64,000 nucleotides of DNA from Candidatus Poribacteria bacterium. GTDB lineage: Bacteria; Poribacteria; WGA-4E; UBA9662. Location of the stretch: the NCBI GenBank assembly GCA_046582655.1, contig JAYGDX010000073.1, forward strand, positions 31,746-95,745, read 5' to 3'. The notes beneath the pieces were generated by a model. That model was given only the letters and a program-made list of their open reading frames with translations. It had not been told where the DNA came from and did not search any database. Made by a program: the position numbers and the translations under genes. Positions 59,606-64,000 of this stretch are shown here, in pieces; position 1 is the stretch's first letter; each line of letters opens with the position of its first letter.

Positions 59606-60316
59606 CTACATCAATGGTGTCCGAATTATGGCTTCTGAAATGTGCGCTTGTCTCGGTTGGGTGACCAGAAAAAGAATCAAATTCGCAACATCTTCTGGTT
59701 GAATCAAGTGCTCTATGACATCATCAGGGTGGTTATCCCTACGCATTTTAGTATCAGTTGCTCCAGGACAGACAGCGTAAGCCTTCACCCCATGTCGTCG
59801 CCCCTCAGCGTATGTAACTTCAGTCAAACCGACCACACCAAATTTTGCCGCACTATAGGCGCCGAAGCTCGGTGGTCCAACTTTCCCTGCTCCCGATGAA
59901 ACATTGACAATATGACCGTATTTCTGGTCACACATTTGCCTAAAAACCGCCTGTGTACATAAGAAGGTGCCTTTTAGGTTCACGGCAATCTGATCATCCC
60001 AATCCTGTTCCTCGATATTGGGAATCAGGTTATGTTTGGCTAAACCTGCGTTGTTAACCAAGATGTCCACTTTCCCAAACGCGTCATAGGTTTTTTGCGC
60101 CATGCTTTCAACCTGTGACTTCTGTGTCACATCAGTTGGGATTGCCAACGCCTTTCGTCCAAGAGCACGTACTTCATCAGCAACCACCTCAATTTCTGAT
60201 ACAGATCGTGCAGCTAAGGTGAGATCCACTCCTTCCTTAGCCAATACCAAAGCCGTTTTTCTACCAATACCACGTCCAGCGCCAGTAACGATAGCAACAT
60301 GGTTCGCAAGTTTCAT
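59606..60316 (-). CDS. SDR family oxidoreductase (FabG-like)
   Basis: TGAGRGIG cofactor motif, NNAG and YSAAK catalytic motif. Confidence 0.8.
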   Translation of the reverse strand: MKLANHVAIVTGAGRGIGRKTALVLAKEGVDLTLAARSVSEIEVVADEVRALGRKALAIPTDVTQKSQVESMAQKTYDAFGKVDILVNNAGLAKHNLIPNIEEQDWDDQIAVNLKGTFLCTQAVFRQMCDQKYGHIVNVSSGAGKVGPPSFGAYSAAKFGVVGLTEVTYAEGRRHGVKAYAVCPGATDTKMRRDNHPDDVIEHLIQPEDVANLILFLVTQPRQAHISEAIIRTPLM

Positions 60317-60327
60317 TCCTTATTCCT

Positions 60328-61455
60328 TTATATTTTGACATCCCTAAGGTCTGCGTCATCCAAATTATTTGTTCCGAGCTTCGCCTTGGACGCAGACCGA
60401 ATGTGTTTGGCAATCGTTTTGATAGAAGAAAGTCCCATTTCTGTCCGTTTCTCATCGATCGCTTCAAGCGCGATTTGATCAAGAATCACCGGATCGGTAC
60501 TGGCAAAGATTCGACCATGCTTCCAAACCCCATTGGGATCATAGATGGGACCACCGTCAAATCCCGCTAGAAGCGCGTCAACAATGTTTAAAACCAGTTT
60601 ATCTTTAATCACTTTGTGGGCAAAAATCTCACTAACAGCTGGATCACAGTTCAATGGATTAGAATGAAATCGTCGCGTATTATCCACACCGCCAAACGTA
60701 ATATTCTTTAAGCATCCACTCACACCTGTTATGGCGTGGTGCTTCATGACCGGGACATTGATGATGACTGTAGCTATCTGCGTTAGGATTTTGCTGTAGT
60801 TTGAGCGTGTGCTTTGGCCTTCACGCCGTATTTCGATGTCGTTTTCAGTTTCATAAAAGACTGCTTCATCATAACCGATCTCATCACTGTCAGAAGCGAA
60901 ATGTCGTACATCTTTGTCACTCTGGTTAATCTGATAACCAGCATTGACAAGATGTTTCTCAAATCGATCCCAGACGATAATCTGGTTTTCTAAAACCCCA
61001 ACACCGTAAAGCCCTTCTACGATCTTATCGATGATAACATGGTGCGTACTGAAATCCTTGCCACCAATCGGATTTATTTTAATGGCGACAATATCATCCG
61101 GTAGAACAAAGTCTTTCCAAGCTTCCTTGGCTGATTGACGATCAGTGAGTTTTATCATCGCCTGATCTATCATGTCACCGACAATTTGTGGGTCTAGAAG
61201 ACCTTCCTTCCACACATTATCACTCATAGCTTCTACAACCGGTACAGGCGGTTCTTCATCCATCTTAATTTGTTTACTTGACTGTGCATGAGCTAAATTG
61301 CTTATAGCTGTGACAGCACTTGCTGCTATACCGGTAGCAATAACACTCTTGGTAGTATCCTGTAGAAAGTTACGCCGATTAATCATACCCTGCGTAACCT
61401 CGTTGCAATCAGCCTGAATTTGTTCAATTATTAGGTCTTTAGGTTGATCTTTCAT
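60328..61455 (-). CDS. DUF362 domain protein with twin-arginine (Tat) signal
   Basis: RRNFLQ Tat motif followed by a hydrophobic stretch. DUF362-like body. Confidence 0.55.
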   Translation of the reverse strand: MKDQPKDLIIEQIQADCNEVTQGMINRRNFLQDTTKSVIATGIAASAVTAISNLAHAQSSKQIKMDEEPPVPVVEAMSDNVWKEGLLDPQIVGDMIDQAMIKLTDRQSAKEAWKDFVLPDDIVAIKINPIGGKDFSTHHVIIDKIVEGLYGVGVLENQIIVWDRFEKHLVNAGYQINQSDKDVRHFASDSDEIGYDEAVFYETENDIEIRREGQSTRSNYSKILTQIATVIINVPVMKHHAITGVSGCLKNITFGGVDNTRRFHSNPLNCDPAVSEIFAHKVIKDKLVLNIVDALLAGFDGGPIYDPNGVWKHGRIFASTDPVILDQIALEAIDEKRTEMGLSSIKTIAKHIRSASKAKLGTNNLDDADLRDVKI

Positions 61456-61898
61456 TCATTCTGTTTCCATTTCAATTTGCAAATTATAGTCTGACCATAT
61501 CTGATAGATTCAACTTCAACGGAGGTGTTGCACATTCCATTCACTTGAACCGAGTTATATTAGTATTTGTACTTATGCTAGCGAAATCTTTCGCTAGCAC
61601 TTAACCCAAAGCAACTTGAAATCTATGACGAGTTGTTGAGCTATATCTTGTAGGGCAATGGATCGCATCCTAATAGATGTCGATCAAGATTACGCAAGAC
61701 GTATCGACCGCGTCGGCCAGTGCTGATGGTTGGCGATAAACGTCCGCCTGAAAATAGCTGTACTTTCGCTTTGATCTTAGCCGGATGAAGACTTCCGCAC
61801 ACCTTAGCCAGATTAGAAGCGATTTCTTCAACTTCGAATGGAACTTCTCACATGCTGGTAGTAACAAACAAGTTAAGATCCTACGTAATAAACGCATT

Positions 61899-62825
61899 TC
61901 AACTTCTTATGCAGATGGTACCATGAGCACCAACGATACAGGATATCTTTTTACTCACATGGACATCCAGCAAGTGTTCAGTTACGTTAACCTGTTCAAC
62001 CTGCCAGTTTTGCCCACCATCGTTGGTGAAAAGAACGAGACCATCTTCACCAACCACCCATCCATTTTGAGAATCTAAAAACACAACATCACGGAGTGTC
62101 TTTCGAGTTACATGACTCTGACTAAGCCAATTTCGTCCCCCGTCATTTGTACGCAGCATCAATCCGTTCACACCAACAATCCATCCACTCTGCAACTTAG
62201 TAAAATGGCAAGCTAAAAGTGGTTGATCCGTGCCACTCTCCTGATGTACCCATGTCTCTCCTCCGTCATTAGTATGAAGGATTATTCCGTCTTTACCTAC
62301 TGTCCATCCATTTTTGTTATCTACAAAGTGTACGCTCCACAAATGTCCCATCGAAGGTCCTCTCTGTTGTTCCCATCGGCCACCGCCATTGATTGTGTGT
62401 AGAATTTTGCCGTTACCGCCAACAATCCACCCTTCTGACTCACTGGTAAAAAAGAGATCCAGCAATCCTGATTGCAAATTACTATTTTGCTTTACCCATG
62501 ACCTACCGCCATTTGCTGTGTAAAGGATCTTTCCCTGCAGACCAATCACCCAACCATGGTTTCGACTAGAAAAATATACTTTGTTAATCGAACCAAAGGT
62601 TAAAGCATTCGGTTTCGATATCGTTCGCCATTTCAATCCACCGTCATCTGTTCTCAATATGATACTGTTACCGCCAACTGCCCAACCGTGTTTTTTATCA
62701 AAAAAATGGATGCTATACAGGTGGTCGGTTGTATCAGTGTTGACGATCCTCCAGCTTTTTGCTGTTTCATTGACGTTACAGCCAAAGTAGAAAAAACTGA
62801 TATTGAGCAAGAAAAAAAAACGCAT
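61899..62825 (-). CDS. BNR/Ycf48-like beta-propeller lipoprotein
   Basis: Repeated S-x-D-x-G-x-T/W BNR-like blades (TDDGGLKW, ANGGRSW, INGGGRW, NDGGETW, NDGGRNW, NDGGQNW). Signal peptide with YFGC lipobox. Start trimmed to ATG 62825. Confidence 0.55.
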   Translation of the reverse strand: MRFFFLLNISFFYFGCNVNETAKSWRIVNTDTTDHLYSIHFFDKKHGWAVGGNSIILRTDDGGLKWRTISKPNALTFGSINKVYFSSRNHGWVIGLQGKILYTANGGRSWVKQNSNLQSGLLDLFFTSESEGWIVGGNGKILHTINGGGRWEQQRGPSMGHLWSVHFVDNKNGWTVGKDGIILHTNDGGETWVHQESGTDQPLLACHFTKLQSGWIVGVNGLMLRTNDGGRNWLSQSHVTRKTLRDVVFLDSQNGWVVGEDGLVLFTNDGGQNWQVEQVNVTEHLLDVHVSKKISCIVGAHGTICIRS

Positions 62826-62908
62826 GGATCGAAGTAATCTCAATTGCCCTCGATGGAACGAGCGTGATAGGATAGAATATTCGTAATTTTAACTGATGTT
62901 GGAATTAA

Positions 62909-63829
62909 GTGTCAATGAACTATGTAATTGGAATCGACGGAGGCGGCTCAAAGACTGTTGGACTCTTTGCTAAGCCCGATGGAACAATACTCAGCCGCGC
63001 AGAAGCTGATGGTTCCAATTACCATGTTGTTGGTGCTGATCGCACTAAACAAATACTAGCTGATTTAATCGTCGCTTTGTTAGATCAAGCCGATGTAGCG
63101 CCTGACAGTCAAATTGCATATTGTCTGGGTATGGCAGGTCTCGGTCGGGAATCAGATCAAGCTGTGATCAATAATATATGTGACGGTATAGGTCTGGACC
63201 GTCGCCGTATCCTGACACATGATGCCGAAATTGCTTTAGTTGGTGGACTGGGCAAGCTTGAGGGAGTGATTCTGATTTCAGGCACTGGGGCAATTGCCTA
63301 CGGCCAGACCGCTGATGGACGAAGTGCTCGGTCCAATGGATGGGGACATCTACTTGGTGACGAAGGAAGTGGCTACTTTATTGGGTTGCAAGCACTTCGA
63401 GCAGTTGTACGTGCCGAAGATGGGAGAACCCAGCCAACTAAAATCAGAGATTTGGTTCTCTCTGAAATTGGGTTGTCAACTCCCAAGGATCTTGTTGCTT
63501 GGACACACGGCATATCCAAAGGTCAGATCGCATATCTGTCAAGAATTGTCTTTGAGGTAATGGAGTCGGGCGATGAAGTTGCCAAGCAAATTATCACTCG
63601 CGCGGCTGACGAACTGGCGCGTTCAGCCCAAGTTGTGATTGATAAATTAAACCTGAACCCGACACCGGAAGTGGTATTAAGTGGCGGCGTTATGCTAAAT
63701 CAACCTGTCTTAGTCAAGATGATTCAAGATCGGTGTCCAGGCATACAAACTCGTCTGGCAACAAATGAGCCTGCATATGGAGCAATTCTACTGGCTATAA
63801 GCGCATATTTTAGCGATTCAGGAAACTAG
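62909..63829 (+). CDS. BadF/BadG/BcrA/BcrD-type ATPase (N-acetylglucosamine kinase-like)
   Basis: IGIDGGGSKT phosphate-1 motif. LISGTGAIAYG. ASKHA fold blocks. Confidence 0.65.
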   Translation: MSMNYVIGIDGGGSKTVGLFAKPDGTILSRAEADGSNYHVVGADRTKQILADLIVALLDQADVAPDSQIAYCLGMAGLGRESDQAVINNICDGIGLDRRRILTHDAEIALVGGLGKLEGVILISGTGAIAYGQTADGRSARSNGWGHLLGDEGSGYFIGLQALRAVVRAEDGRTQPTKIRDLVLSEIGLSTPKDLVAWTHGISKGQIAYLSRIVFEVMESGDEVAKQIITRAADELARSAQVVIDKLNLNPTPEVVLSGGVMLNQPVLVKMIQDRCPGIQTRLATNEPAYGAILLAISAYFSDSGN

Positions 63830-64000
63830 AATTGTGTTGTTACTCTTTAGCAGATTCCCAATTCACGGCCAACTCGGTTTGCTATTAGTGCTGATATTTT
63901 GGATATTAAATTGGTCGCTAAGTGGTTTACTACAGGGATCTCCTAATCCGACCTTAACATCACATGCCGGTTTTTTCCCGCTATGGCTTGGATATAGTTT

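Noticed and set aside
61670-61897. 75-aa ORF (MRLLRRILTCLLLPAC...) immediately downstream of the BNR gene
   Set aside because: No domain signal. It sits in a 440-nt gap and overlaps an equally weak plus-strand ORF. Possibly a fragment or spurious. Not supportable as a gene.
1-64000. CRISPR arrays, rRNA genes, transposases/integrases, prophage genes
   Set aside because: No regularly spaced direct repeats, no rRNA-like conserved stretches and no recombinase-like ORFs were found in the six-frame track or by eye.

Overview
This is a 64 kb stretch of bacterial chromosome with about 43% GC and roughly 60 tightly packed genes on both strands. Gene content (sigma-54 two-component systems, a double-TM/vWA membrane protein, DUF1080, DUF362 and several Gfo/Idh/MocA enzymes) suggests a PVC-like or candidate-phylum organism; this is inference only. 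Housekeeping genes I can support are murJ, gnd, dus, trmFO, a family-X DNA polymerase, the riboflavin operon ribD-ribE-ribBA-ribH, hisH, selA, iscA, apt, tRNA-Arg(CCU), secD and secF. There are no rRNA genes and no CRISPR arrays. Three things stand out. (1) A gene missed by the ORF track: a 121-codon Spx/ArsC-fold protein with an in-frame TGA (selenocysteine) in a U-T-S-C redox motif. It starts on the ATGA that ends selA and is followed by a SECIS-like hairpin. (2) An operon on the minus strand encoding a GAF histidine kinase, a sigma-54 response regulator, two tandem EutN/CcmL-type microcompartment vertex proteins, a rhomboid protease and a discoidin-like lipoprotein. No BMC-H/BMC-T shell gene is present anywhere in the window. 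(3) An accessory catabolic island (about 11.7-23.2 kb) with four PhyH-type dioxygenases, three amidohydrolases, a LigI/LigJ/LigK-like trio (two amidohydrolase-2 proteins plus an RraA-type aldolase), an MFS transporter and a lactonase. Two sequence motifs are shared by its two divergent upstream regions. Smaller observations include a GC-rich structured non-coding segment with a strongly ribosome-binding-site-led 18-codon ORF, a frameshifted PhyH gene at a poly-A tract, and decayed ORF-less regions.
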